Below are positions 1-8,497 of a stretch of 64,000 nt of DNA, piece after piece. Numbering within the stretch: the stretch's first letter is position 1; the number at the start of each line of letters is the position of its first letter. Origin of the DNA: a virus; the IMG/VR virus record IMGVR_UViG_3300033153_005382, positions 20,862-84,861 of that record; one strand, 5' to 3'. The position numbers and the translations under genes were made by a program. The notes beneath the pieces are model-generated. The model ran no database searches, was not told the DNA's origin, and worked only from the letters and a program-made list of their open reading frames with translations.

Positions 1-238
1 CTTCTCCCAACTGATAACGACTTCCTAAATGCGTTTTACTTCCCCATCTCCGTTTCCACATTGCCCACACCTCCGTCGCCTTCAGTTCCTCAGTCATAAA
101 CTCGATGTCAGCTTTGACCTCTTGTATTGTCTTCTCCAGTCGATCCGTGTCTATTCTCATACCTGAATACTCTACTTCAGCTAGCGCTAACGACCCTTCA
201 TGAACTAGCTGATAAGCATCCTTAGTTACAGGTCTCAT
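1..238 (-). CDS. Family A DNA polymerase, polymerase-domain subunit (5' part; runs off the window)
   Basis: Not in the ORF track. Manual translation from ATG at 238 gives MRPVTKDAYQLVHEGSLALAEVEYSGMRIDTDRL...KTHLGSRYQLGE, matching the PolA thumb motifs LxxMExxGxxxD and NLxSxxQL. Confidence 0.75.
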   Translation of the reverse strand, partial: MRPVTKDAYQLVHEGSLALAEVEYSGMRIDTDRLEKTIQEVKADIEFMTEELKATEVWAMWKRRWGSKTHLGSRYQLGE

Positions 239-260
239 ACTAAACCTTTCGAGTTAGACC

Positions 261-482
261 CTATCCTTCCTCATCTTCCTTCTGTATCCTAGACGATCGT
301 AAATACCTCCTAAGTTCGTCGACGAACTTTTGATCGGCGTACCATTCTAACATATCCAATGGCACTTGATCTACCGGTTGACCTTTGAACCTTCCAAACG
401 GTATTGGCTGCTTCCCGAATCGCCTCGACTCCGCTACTGTCATCCTGCTTGACTTTTCCTTGATCTCATACTCACCACACAT
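261..482 (-). CDS. Small protein with PFGxxKG motif (DUF3820 / ExoX C-terminal-like domain)
   Basis: IPFGRFKGQPVDQVPLDMLEW resembles the MPFGKYKG..+.++P..YL.W signature. Confidence 0.55.
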   Translation of the reverse strand: MCGEYEIKEKSSRMTVAESRRFGKQPIPFGRFKGQPVDQVPLDMLEWYADQKFVDELRRYLRSSRIQKEDEEG

Positions 483-1674
483 TGGCCAACTCTTTCTTCT
501 GGACTTCAGCTACTCGATACTCCACTAGAGAATCTAAACCGTTATATAACAACAACTCCCTCAACGGAATCTCACCGATTCTATTCCTTCCGTTCCCTCC
601 TTTTGCAGATAAATATGGCCCTATCCGCTCATCCCAAGACGGAAACCCTAACCTCACATAAGCCTGAAACTTCGCAGACGTTATGCCTTGCCGATTATCC
701 AACACATGTGCTGCTTGCATACAATCATGATCCCAACTTCTAACTCCGTATCCAAACTCGGCTTTCGTCCACCGCTCCTCAAACTTAATGTTCGATCCTA
801 TCTTCCTCACTTCGGACCTCAACAAACTCCCTGTGGCCTCTCTTGCAGGTGACTCCCACGGATATGCTATCGTCCGACGACCGTCGAAACATATTGAACA
901 ACTCACAATCCGTGCATCCTTCCCATCCGGCTTCAATCTATCTGTTTCGTAGTCGAACGCAATCTGTTTACTTCGGTTTCCTTCCAATTGAATGATCTCC
1001 GATGCTGTCTCAGGACACTCGTATATCTCCACTTCCTTCTTCCAATCTGGAACCTCCTCCCATGGACTCCCAACGAGATCAAACGCTTCCTTCAAATGAC
1101 GCAAAAAAATTACAGAGACAACTTTATTCTTCTTCTCCTCCCTCATTATGTACGACGAATGCCAGGTCGGACATACCCAAGCATTCAGTCGTTGTGACGG
1201 TATACGCCACCCGACCCAACGTCCTACTGGTCCTAGATCCCTCGACCAGTCTTCTGTTATCAATGACTTGACTGCCGACCCGCCTAGCAGAACGATCGTC
1301 TCCGGCTTCAACTCCTCAATCGTTCTGTCTAGGTTAGGCCGACAGCATTCGATGTATGTATCAACGATCTCGTTGCTTGGTGGTCTACATATTACAGCAT
1401 TAGTCTTCCAACAATCTTCATCAAGATCCACTCCAATCTTGTCCAACTCGTCTCTGAACCGTTGGCCGGCTTTTCCTACCAATTGCACTCCTTCGTCATC
1501 TTCGATGCTGCCTGGCGCTTCAGCTACGACTAACACTTTTCTTCGTCCTTCTCCAGAGACCGGCATCTTAGGACTGCGACATTTTCTGTACAACCCACAC
1601 TCCCCACACCTAGGTCGACGATTCTTGAATGGACTTTCCTTGAGCACCTCCTCACTGCTGAAAAACCCCTTCAT
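472..1674 (-). CDS. Family 4 uracil-DNA glycosylase fused to a DnaQ-like 3'-5' exonuclease (N-terminal part of a split PolA)
   Basis: UDG4 motifs: CGECGL (Fe-S Cys), AEAPG, GKAG, TNAVICRPP, PTWH. Exo I-III motifs: DYETD, NIKFE, DCMQAAHVLD, YNGLD. Confidence 0.85.
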   Translation of the reverse strand: MKGFFSSEEVLKESPFKNRRPRCGECGLYRKCRSPKMPVSGEGRRKVLVVAEAPGSIEDDEGVQLVGKAGQRFRDELDKIGVDLDEDCWKTNAVICRPPSNEIVDTYIECCRPNLDRTIEELKPETIVLLGGSAVKSLITEDWSRDLGPVGRWVGWRIPSQRLNAWVCPTWHSSYIMREEKKNKVVSVIFLRHLKEAFDLVGSPWEEVPDWKKEVEIYECPETASEIIQLEGNRSKQIAFDYETDRLKPDGKDARIVSCSICFDGRRTIAYPWESPAREATGSLLRSEVRKIGSNIKFEERWTKAEFGYGVRSWDHDCMQAAHVLDNRQGITSAKFQAYVRLGFPSWDERIGPYLSAKGGNGRNRIGEIPLRELLLYNGLDSLVEYRVAEVQKKELANVW

Positions 1675-1677
1675 CTA

Positions 1678-2700
1678 TCAATCCTCCATTTCAGCTGTAC
1701 ATGTCACATACACCCACTCGTCTGTCTTGACTTGAATCCGTCCCGGTGCGATTATACACTCATTAGTCCGCATAACCACATCCTGCAACAATTCAGGATT
1801 AATCCTAAATCCAACCCGATCCCCATCGTAACTAACAGCCCTCGTCTCCTCATAGTACCCCATCGGCCCTTTTCCCGTTATCCGCAATCCTCCTTTCTTC
1901 AATTCTACAATCACTTCATCTCTCTGCAAATCCTCGTTACTGAACACACAGCACTTCTCTACTGCTTCCTTCATTCCATCTGGTAACTCCATCTGCGATC
2001 CGTTGACTTCTAAATGCTTTCCTACATCAGGATACTTACCCATGTACCTCCTGCACGAAATCGTACAGCCAGACTTGGCTTGGAAGTGTACCCAATCCTC
2101 GGTGGTGCTAATCTTACTAAACTCAAACCGAGATAGCATCTTGGCACAAGTCGCCCTGATCAACACATCCTCATCTACCCGAGTCTTTATCCTATATCGA
2201 CAAACCCGATAATCATCAGATGCTTCGATCCATTCTGGGCCGATATGGATACAAGTCAAGAAAAACTTGGTCTGATCGTCGCTAGCACACGACGCAGTAA
2301 AACTGATCGCGTCGTCAAATCCTGATGACAGTATCCGCCACTTCCCGGGTGCCTCTACTTCGCTGACCGGAAGTTCTACCTTGGACATGAACTGCACAAC
2401 AGCTTTCCTTTTAACCTTAGCCTCCTTCTCAAGTCGTCTGATGACTAATCCCTCATCGGTCTGTTCAATCTCAACTTCCTTACCTGGGATCTTCTTCAAG
2501 ATCTTCAACAGCGGTTCCGCAGGGACAGCCCCGGCAATTCCTAATCCTACAGGTGCAACGCAGGCTACTTCCTCGTTGTACGTGAAAACTTTCCCGTCCT
2601 GAAAAACAAAGCAGTCGGACTGTTCCAACATTTCCTGACGAGCCAATCCAGGACTGACCGACTCAAGCTGTTCTATAAATTCTTTCTTCCTGACCTTCAT
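1678..2700 (-). CDS. DNA polymerase sliding clamp (beta-clamp-like)
   Basis: 340 aa. FTASCASDDQTKFFLTCIHI..EASDDYRV parallels DnaN 'a.s.d..r..L.Gv.....atDg.Rl'. Also has GFRINPELL and lies next to the polymerase. Confidence 0.7.
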   Translation of the reverse strand: MKVRKKEFIEQLESVSPGLARQEMLEQSDCFVFQDGKVFTYNEEVACVAPVGLGIAGAVPAEPLLKILKKIPGKEVEIEQTDEGLVIRRLEKEAKVKRKAVVQFMSKVELPVSEVEAPGKWRILSSGFDDAISFTASCASDDQTKFFLTCIHIGPEWIEASDDYRVCRYRIKTRVDEDVLIRATCAKMLSRFEFSKISTTEDWVHFQAKSGCTISCRRYMGKYPDVGKHLEVNGSQMELPDGMKEAVEKCCVFSNEDLQRDEVIVELKKGGLRITGKGPMGYYEETRAVSYDGDRVGFRINPELLQDVVMRTNECIIAPGRIQVKTDEWVYVTCTAEMED

Positions 2701-2879
2701 ACTTCCCTCCGTTCGGTCTTTTGCTTGATTGCATCGAACACTTCCTGCCTATGTACAGGCACTTCCTTGGGAGCTTCGATTCCAATTCTTACCTTGTCTC
2801 CCCGAATTTCGACGACTTGTAAAATAACATCATCGCCGATCATTATTTTCTCACCTTTCAGTCTGCTCAACACTAACAT
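2697..2879 (-). CDS. csrA: Carbon storage regulator CsrA/RsmA (RNA-binding translational regulator)
   Basis: MLVLSRLKGEKIMIGDDVILQVVEIRGDKVRIGIEAPKEVPVHRQEV is a near-canonical CsrA sequence. Confidence 0.95.
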   Translation of the reverse strand: MLVLSRLKGEKIMIGDDVILQVVEIRGDKVRIGIEAPKEVPVHRQEVFDAIKQKTERREV

Positions 2880-3039
2880 TATCCCTCTCCTTTCGTCTTT
2901 TGAACAATTCCCTCATACGTTCCGTTGGTTCTCCATCTTTGGCCAAATACCAATACGACGGCATCAAATCCAAATGCTTCCCGACAACGACATCCGGTGA
3001 CTTTGTCTTACTATTACATCCCGAAAAATACAACCTCAT
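2851..3039 (-). CDS. Hypothetical protein (62 aa) at the end of the dpd cluster
   Basis: ATGA-type overlap with the upstream gene; begins MRLYFSG. Confidence 0.5.
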   Translation of the reverse strand: MRLYFSGCNSKTKSPDVVVGKHLDLMPSYWYLAKDGEPTERMRELFKRRKERDNVSVEQTER

Positions 3040-4025
3040 GCCAACCTATCTCCATTCGCTTCGAACCTTGGCGGATTATCGGTCAAATAATTCGTCAACT
3101 CTTCAAAAAACCTAATGTTATTCCTACACCTCTCCCGATAATCATTTATCACTCCTCCACTGTCCGCATCATCTAACTTACCTGGTTTCACTCCTGCTAT
3201 CTCAAACCATTCCTCCACTGTCCTCAGCCTACTCCGATCAGTCTTTGTTTTCGATCCTACTAACCACGAATAATGGGTCTTCCCTGCGGATTTCGACTTG
3301 ACCTTTGGTTCAACACTTCTGTCTCCGCATAATAATTCTGATTTCGTATCCTTCCGCATCGATGGTGATTCGTCACTAATGCTTACTACGTAAGGCTGAT
3401 ACCTAGGTAATCTGAAATCGAAAGAAAACTTCCCTTGCCGTTTCGGGGGTACATACACCTTGCCATACCCAGCCATCTTGGCCCAAGACGAACTGTCAAC
3501 AGAATGCCACGGATATCTGGAAATCAAAGCAAATGACGTCATGGCAAACCCATGTGTCTTCACTTTAGGCTTTCCATTCTCACATAACATTCCGAACACC
3601 CTATCGCCCCACTTGGGATACACCCTCCAATTCGCCTCCTGGCCTACTCCTCCTATCCCAAGATAATCATACCCCTCCTTCAAATACCGTACCAACCACT
3701 TCTCATCAGTTCCCCAATGGATGACAGGTACAGGATTCAACTTGTACTTATCCTCCATATACTTCTGAACCTTCCATGACATGTCGGGATTGAAAATAAC
3801 GTCTACGGTCACGTAGTAATCCAACTCATCCTTGTGTTTCAGCAAAAACTCGCAATACGTATCAACATAATCCCAAAACTCCTCTGTCCGGTAATACTCA
3901 AACTGGTCTAATCTATTCTCGCTGCCTACTGCAAGCCTCTTTCCTTTCTTCATTACCCGTTCCGTGTACAGAGTATGAGCACCGGAATCCAAAAACGTCT
4001 TCCCTACGTTACATTGGCTCATCAT
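3036..4025 (-). CDS. dpdA: DpdA-like / TGT-fold DNA guanine transglycosylase
   Basis: FLDSGAHT, YVTVDVI, PVPVIHWG, GIGG, KTHGFAMT and SVDSSSW are TGT-family motifs; the gene lies within a folE/queD/queE cluster. Confidence 0.75.
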   Translation of the reverse strand: MMSQCNVGKTFLDSGAHTLYTERVMKKGKRLAVGSENRLDQFEYYRTEEFWDYVDTYCEFLLKHKDELDYYVTVDVIFNPDMSWKVQKYMEDKYKLNPVPVIHWGTDEKWLVRYLKEGYDYLGIGGVGQEANWRVYPKWGDRVFGMLCENGKPKVKTHGFAMTSFALISRYPWHSVDSSSWAKMAGYGKVYVPPKRQGKFSFDFRLPRYQPYVVSISDESPSMRKDTKSELLCGDRSVEPKVKSKSAGKTHYSWLVGSKTKTDRSRLRTVEEWFEIAGVKPGKLDDADSGGVINDYRERCRNNIRFFEELTNYLTDNPPRFEANGDRLA

Positions 4026-5187
4026 ACCAACCTTCCACTAGCCCCATTACAGCCAACTGCCTCTTCCACGTCAAGTCAAACCTATTATGGATCCAAGCTC
4101 TATTCTGTATCGCATCCCTAGTCCATAGATCATCTCGATCCAATGCACAGCAAACTTTCCTAGTGCAATCTTCCACATCCTGACGTTCGTACAAAAACCT
4201 CCGATCCCTCCGAAACGTTAACGGAAACGATCTGAAATATGGATACAACGGATATGCACCAGCCACAGAAGCCTCCAACAACGTAAACGCTACAAAATCC
4301 TGCAAGGCCGTGTTGATCTGTACCCTTGCTGTACACAACTCCGAATAGTACTCCTCCTTAGTACAATTCGTATGTACCTGCAACTGTCCCTTATGCACTT
4401 CCACTGCCTCATCCAACTTCTCTACTAATGCCAAATCATTGGACCTCACTTTCTTTGATCCTGTACACACTACAAACTTTGTATCGGGCCTTTGTTCCAA
4501 AACCTTGGAAACAACCTTGAGAAAGAACAACGGATCTTTTTCCGTATCCCAACGGCTACTATACACAACCTTCTGAAGTCGTTCCATTTCCCATGCCCCT
4601 TCCCGCCATGGCATTCGTTCGTTGACCTCCTCAGTACAGAACGGAAGCCCTACAACGAACACTTTGGATTCCTGGGCAATCCCTCCTTGGACAACCAACT
4701 CTTTTAGCAAGGGATGTCCTACAAAAATGCCATCATAGATCTTACCATACCCCTGCTCGATGGGTCGTATCCAATACTTCATCCCTGCCGTAAAATCAAA
4801 TTCGTCAACTGACTGTGCCCACAACATTGAGTACATCTTAGGATATACTCCAATCTGATCAAACAGATAAGGTAACGCCTCGACACCTGGTGTCCAAAAG
4901 TCCTCAAAATAGATACAATCCTCACTCTTGATCTCGCCCCTATCCGTCAGTTCCAACAACTGCTCGACTTGGGAAAAACTCCACCGTGATCTTCCCACTG
5001 CATCAAGTACAACTCCCTTCTCTATTCCTACTTTCCCATCCCTCACTCCTCCGATCCGTCGGTATTCGATCCCTACCTCACGCCATTTCCGTTCCATCCA
5101 TCCTGTGACAGGATGACTCAACTGCCAAGTATACCTCTCCTTGTACGGTTCTAATGGCACATAATACAACATATCATTACTCCACAT
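4009..5187 (-). CDS. GT-B fold glycosyltransferase (GT4-like)
   Basis: VVYSSRWDTEKDP, EYYSEL..ARVQINTALQDFVAFTLLEASVAGAYPLYP resemble the C-terminal nucleotide-sugar-binding domain of GT-B enzymes. Confidence 0.7.
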   Translation of the reverse strand: MWSNDMLYYVPLEPYKERYTWQLSHPVTGWMERKWREVGIEYRRIGGVRDGKVGIEKGVVLDAVGRSRWSFSQVEQLLELTDRGEIKSEDCIYFEDFWTPGVEALPYLFDQIGVYPKMYSMLWAQSVDEFDFTAGMKYWIRPIEQGYGKIYDGIFVGHPLLKELVVQGGIAQESKVFVVGLPFCTEEVNERMPWREGAWEMERLQKVVYSSRWDTEKDPLFFLKVVSKVLEQRPDTKFVVCTGSKKVRSNDLALVEKLDEAVEVHKGQLQVHTNCTKEEYYSELCTARVQINTALQDFVAFTLLEASVAGAYPLYPYFRSFPLTFRRDRRFLYERQDVEDCTRKVCCALDRDDLWTRDAIQNRAWIHNRFDLTWKRQLAVMGLVEGWYDEPM

Positions 5188-5920
5188 CTACGTCCACATA
5201 GAAATCGGTCCTGTACAACGAATCGTTTTTCATAGTTCTATATTCCCTATCGCTTGATTCCTCGATCCATACGATTTCTGTCTCAGTCTCCTCCTTCCTA
5301 AATCGCTGCCCATTCACTGTAATACTGCTCTCGTCTTCTATAGTCAAAACATAGCCGTGACATGCAGCCTGGCCCAAAATCCTTTTAATTGTCGCCAGAG
5401 TATCCATTCTCAACTTCCGATCATTTCCTGCTCCGTAATAGACAGCCTCTACCCTCAATCTCACACGATCGAACAGCTTACGAAATACATCAGGACTCGC
5501 ACACCCAGGAACAAACAAAGTCCATAACCCCGATCTCGGACCTTCCGCTTCTCGCCCTATGAAACACTTGCCTTTTTTCTCCCATGCTGGCAATCTATCC
5601 TGATCCCTCGTTACCTTCGCTCCATTCTCCCCGTCCTCACTCACTTCAACCCAATCAGCAGTCAACGCCTCTAAAACACAATGCCCTATATCTTCGCACG
5701 AATGGTCAAAACGTGCTCCTTCAAACTTCGACCGAATGAACCTTCTTAGTCTAGACTTGAACTGGAAAAACTCCACCTCCCTATCGCCATGTCCCACTCC
5801 CACTCCCACTTTGACATGGAATACATGGCGATGCCAGCCCCTCAAAAACGAAACCGCTTCGGGGGCTTCCTTCCACCGATGATGTCCAACAAACTGATCC
5901 GTGACCCAAACTTCGATCAT
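5177..5920 (-). CDS. QueD-paralogous T-fold protein (DpdL-like, putative CDG decarboxylase) with an extra C-terminal domain
   Basis: GHHRW..AP..V.FLRGWHRHVF (LxxxHRHxF), DREVEFF, SCE and VSEDGENGA, followed by ~130 additional residues. Confidence 0.65.
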   Translation of the reverse strand: MIEVWVTDQFVGHHRWKEAPEAVSFLRGWHRHVFHVKVGVGVGHGDREVEFFQFKSRLRRFIRSKFEGARFDHSCEDIGHCVLEALTADWVEVSEDGENGAKVTRDQDRLPAWEKKGKCFIGREAEGPRSGLWTLFVPGCASPDVFRKLFDRVRLRVEAVYYGAGNDRKLRMDTLATIKRILGQAACHGYVLTIEDESSITVNGQRFRKEETETEIVWIEESSDREYRTMKNDSLYRTDFYVDVDVE

Positions 5921-5962
5921 AATTCACTCCAATCCAATTAGAAACATTATCCATTATCAGCT

Positions 5963-6874
5963 TTAGCTCCTTATCACCGAAAAGAACTCCTGCCTCGTTA
6001 AGCCAGACTCTTGAAACACCCCTGTAAGACTTGACGTCACCATTCTACAATCTTGCTTCCTTACTCCCCTGCACACAATGCACAAATGCTGTGCTTCCAA
6101 AACACACGCCGATCCTTTTGGATTCAACAATTCATCCAATGCCTTGGTCACTTGCTGACACAACCTTTCCTGTATCTGCAGCCGTCTTGAAAAAACCTCC
6201 AGTACTCTCGCTAGCTTGCTCACTCCGATTACCTTCCCATCTGGTATATACCCTATGTGAGCCCTTCCAACAAACGGTAACATATGATGCTCGCACATAC
6301 TAACAAACTCGATGTCCCTGAGTAGTACCATCTCATCGCAAGCTCCGTCAGTAAACACCTTAACTACATCCTCAGCTGTCTTATTATAACCCTCAAACAA
6401 TTCCTGGTACGACCGGACAACCCTCGCAGGGGTCTCCTTCAAGCCTTCCCGCTCCGGATCTTCCCCTATGTACTGAAGCAGTCTCCTGACATTGTCTTCC
6501 GGTCCCGCTTGACTCTTCATCCGATCCCACGGAAACGACACCCATTCATTGATAGATTCCTTTTGCTTATCCACCAACACGAAGAACGGACGATCCGGAT
6601 GACGTTGCTTAGTCCTTCCACTGTCCAACACATCATCTACCACAACATGGGCCTTCGCCAAATCATCTACAATTTCAAGCCGTGGTCCCTCCTGACTCCA
6701 TCTCTTCTCATTCTGCTTCGCGATCGCAACAGCCTGAGCAGCGTATACTCCCGCTTTCGGCACTGGATATAAGAACAACGTTGAAGTCGGCAAAAACGGG
6801 ACAATGTCTCGATGAAAAATCTCCCCCAACAGAGCGTTGGCTCTTTCGTCTACATCAGTCCAAGACAGCTTCAT
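5963..6874 (-). CDS. folE: GTP cyclohydrolase I with an N-terminal phosphoribosyltransferase domain
   Basis: FolE motifs: GEDPEREGLKETPARV, SMCEHHMLPF, GVSKLAR, RLQIQERL, HLCIVCRGV. The N-terminus has the PRPP-binding loop VVVDDVLDSGRT and ends in WVSFPW. Confidence 0.92.
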   Translation of the reverse strand: MKLSWTDVDERANALLGEIFHRDIVPFLPTSTLFLYPVPKAGVYAAQAVAIAKQNEKRWSQEGPRLEIVDDLAKAHVVVDDVLDSGRTKQRHPDRPFFVLVDKQKESINEWVSFPWDRMKSQAGPEDNVRRLLQYIGEDPEREGLKETPARVVRSYQELFEGYNKTAEDVVKVFTDGACDEMVLLRDIEFVSMCEHHMLPFVGRAHIGYIPDGKVIGVSKLARVLEVFSRRLQIQERLCQQVTKALDELLNPKGSACVLEAQHLCIVCRGVRKQDCRMVTSSLTGVFQESGLTRQEFFSVIRS

Positions 6875-6923
6875 ATTTCTTCTCCATTTAAGTTACAACT
6901 CCTCGTCATTCCCTCTTTATCTC

Positions 6924-7166
6924 CTATCGAGACCCGGACTTAGACCAAGATCGAGACCAAAACCGAGACCCGGACAGAGACCCAGACCAAGACCAAAACT
7001 GAGACTGAGACCAAGACCGAGACCGAGACTGAGACTGAGACTGAGAACAAGAACTAGACCGAGACCAAGACCAAGACCGATACCGAGACTGCCACCGAAC
7101 AAGAGGCAATAAACTACAGAAAGATCTACACTGTCGAAATTCTGGTAAAAATCTCATCTGACTCAT
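6924..7166 (-). CDS. Ser-Xaa repeat minigene (detached array unit 6)
   Basis: MSQMRFLPEF...SRYRSWSWSRSSSCSQSQSQSRSRSWSQ...SGSR*. Same hexamers and same TCTCGATAGGAGATA end as the main array. Confidence 0.55.
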   Translation of the reverse strand: MSQMRFLPEFRQCRSFCSLLPLVRWQSRYRSWSWSRSSSCSQSQSQSRSRSWSQSQFWSWSGSLSGSRFWSRSWSKSGSR

Positions 7167-7840
7167 TCCAATCCAACCACTTTATGTAACTGCACACCTA
7201 GCCGATACCCCATCACCATTGATGCGGCAACGCATAAATCCAGATTGGCCGCGTTCCTATCCTCATCTCCTTCGTCCATCGGCTGTACGAATAGCTCACC
7301 TCGATGCTCTCTCGGCGGTCGGTACACATTCAGCGGGATATAATCCCGATCCACACCCTCCTTGATCGACAACACATACTTCCAAACGATTCGGCCCCAA
7401 AATTCACAATCCCATTCCATCTCGGTCTGCAGGGGTGTCTTTGGGCTGCACACAATCGTCAAATCCATTGTGCTGGTCATTGGTCTTAGATCGGCTGCCC
7501 ACTCACACAAATAAGTGCCGTTAGTCTCTATCTGGATCCTATAGCCCTCAGACCGGAGCCTACGAATCAGCGGCAACACATTCTGCATTAGCGGCTCCCC
7601 GCCCGTTAGCACTACCAACTTCCCCACTCCGCTGTGTCCACTTCGACGGTCCTTTATCCGTCTGGCAATCTCATCCAAATTCAATACAGCACTTAATGAA
7701 TAATCAGTGTCGCACCAAGCGCATTTCAAATTACACCCAGCAAGACGAACAAACACGGACGGCGTTCCTACTAGTGGCCCTTCGCCTTGGATCGAGGGAA
7801 AGATTGAATGCACCGCTAATTCATCATCGTTGTACTTCAT
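7163..7840 (-). CDS. queE: 7-carboxy-7-deazaguanine synthase (radical SAM)
   Basis: IFPSIQGEG, FVRLAGCNLKCAWCDT, LTGGEP, IETNGT, CSPK, QLHK. Confidence 0.95.
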   Translation of the reverse strand: MKYNDDELAVHSIFPSIQGEGPLVGTPSVFVRLAGCNLKCAWCDTDYSLSAVLNLDEIARRIKDRRSGHSGVGKLVVLTGGEPLMQNVLPLIRRLRSEGYRIQIETNGTYLCEWAADLRPMTSTMDLTIVCSPKTPLQTEMEWDCEFWGRIVWKYVLSIKEGVDRDYIPLNVYRPPREHRGELFVQPMDEGDEDRNAANLDLCVAASMVMGYRLGVQLHKVVGLE

Positions 7841-7855
7841 ATCTCTAGCTTCCTC

Positions 7856-7993
7856 CTATCCTATCCTAGACCGATACCGATACCGAGACTGAGACCGAGA
7901 CCAAGACCAAGACCGAGACCCAGACCAAGACCGAGACCAAGACTGAGACCTAGACCGAGACTGACACCGGGATCCTTCAAATAGGTATCTCAT
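7856..7993 (-). CDS. Ser-Xaa repeat minigene, unit 5 (45 aa)
   Basis: Manual translation: MRYLFEGSRCQSRSRSQSWSRSWSGSRSWSWSRSQSRYRYRSRIG*. Preceded by AGGAGATTAGG. Confidence 0.6.
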   Translation of the reverse strand: MRYLFEGSRCQSRSRSQSWSRSWSGSRSWSWSRSQSRYRYRSRIG

Positions 7994-8002
7994 CCTAATC
8001 TC

Positions 8003-8098
8003 CTATCGAGACTGAGACCAAGACCAAAACCAATTCCGAGACCGAGACCAAGACCAAAACCGAGACCAAATTCTAGATCCAACAATGAGATACCTCAT
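8003..8098 (-). CDS. Ser-Xaa repeat minigene, unit 4 (31 aa, diverged leader)
   Basis: Manual translation: MRYLIVGSRIWSRFWSWSRSRNWFWSWSQSR*. Preceded by AGGAGATAAGG. Confidence 0.6.
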   Translation of the reverse strand: MRYLIVGSRIWSRFWSWSRSRNWFWSWSQSR

Positions 8099-8107
8099 CC
8101 TTATCTC

Positions 8108-8317
8108 CTATCGAGACTGAGACTGAGAACAAGACCGAGACCCAGACCGAGACCAAGACCGAGACTGAGACCGAGACCAAAACCAAGACCAAGACCAAGA
8201 CCTAGACCGAGACCAAGACCAAGACCAAGACCAAGACCGAGACCCAGACCAAGACCGAGACCAAGACTGAGACCTAGACCGAGACTGAGACCGGGATCCT
8301 TCAAATAGGTATCTCAT
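8108..8317 (-). CDS. Ser-Xaa repeat minigene, unit 3 (69 aa)
   Basis: MRYLFEGSRSQSRSRSQSWSRSWSG...SQSQSR*, with its own RBS. Confidence 0.6.
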   Translation of the reverse strand: MRYLFEGSRSQSRSRSQSWSRSWSGSRSWSWSWSWSRSRSWSWSWFWSRSQSRSWSRSGSRSCSQSQSR

Positions 8318-8326
8318 CCTTATCTC

Positions 8327-8488
8327 CTATCGAGACCCAGACCCAGACCAAAACCGAGACTGAGACTGAGACCGAGACTGAGACCAAGACCGAGACTGAG
8401 ACCAAGACCGAGACCAAGACCAAGACCGAGACCCAGACCCAGACCAAGACCGAGACCGAGACTGGGATCCTTCAAATAGGTATCTCAT
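8327..8488 (-). CDS. Ser-Xaa repeat minigene, unit 2 (53 aa)
   Basis: Manual translation: MRYLFEGSQSRSRSWSGSGSR...SRFWSGSGSR*, with its own RBS. Confidence 0.6.
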   Translation of the reverse strand: MRYLFEGSQSRSRSWSGSGSRSWSWSRSWSQSRSWSQSRSQSQSRFWSGSGSR

Positions 8489-8497
8489 CCTTATCTC

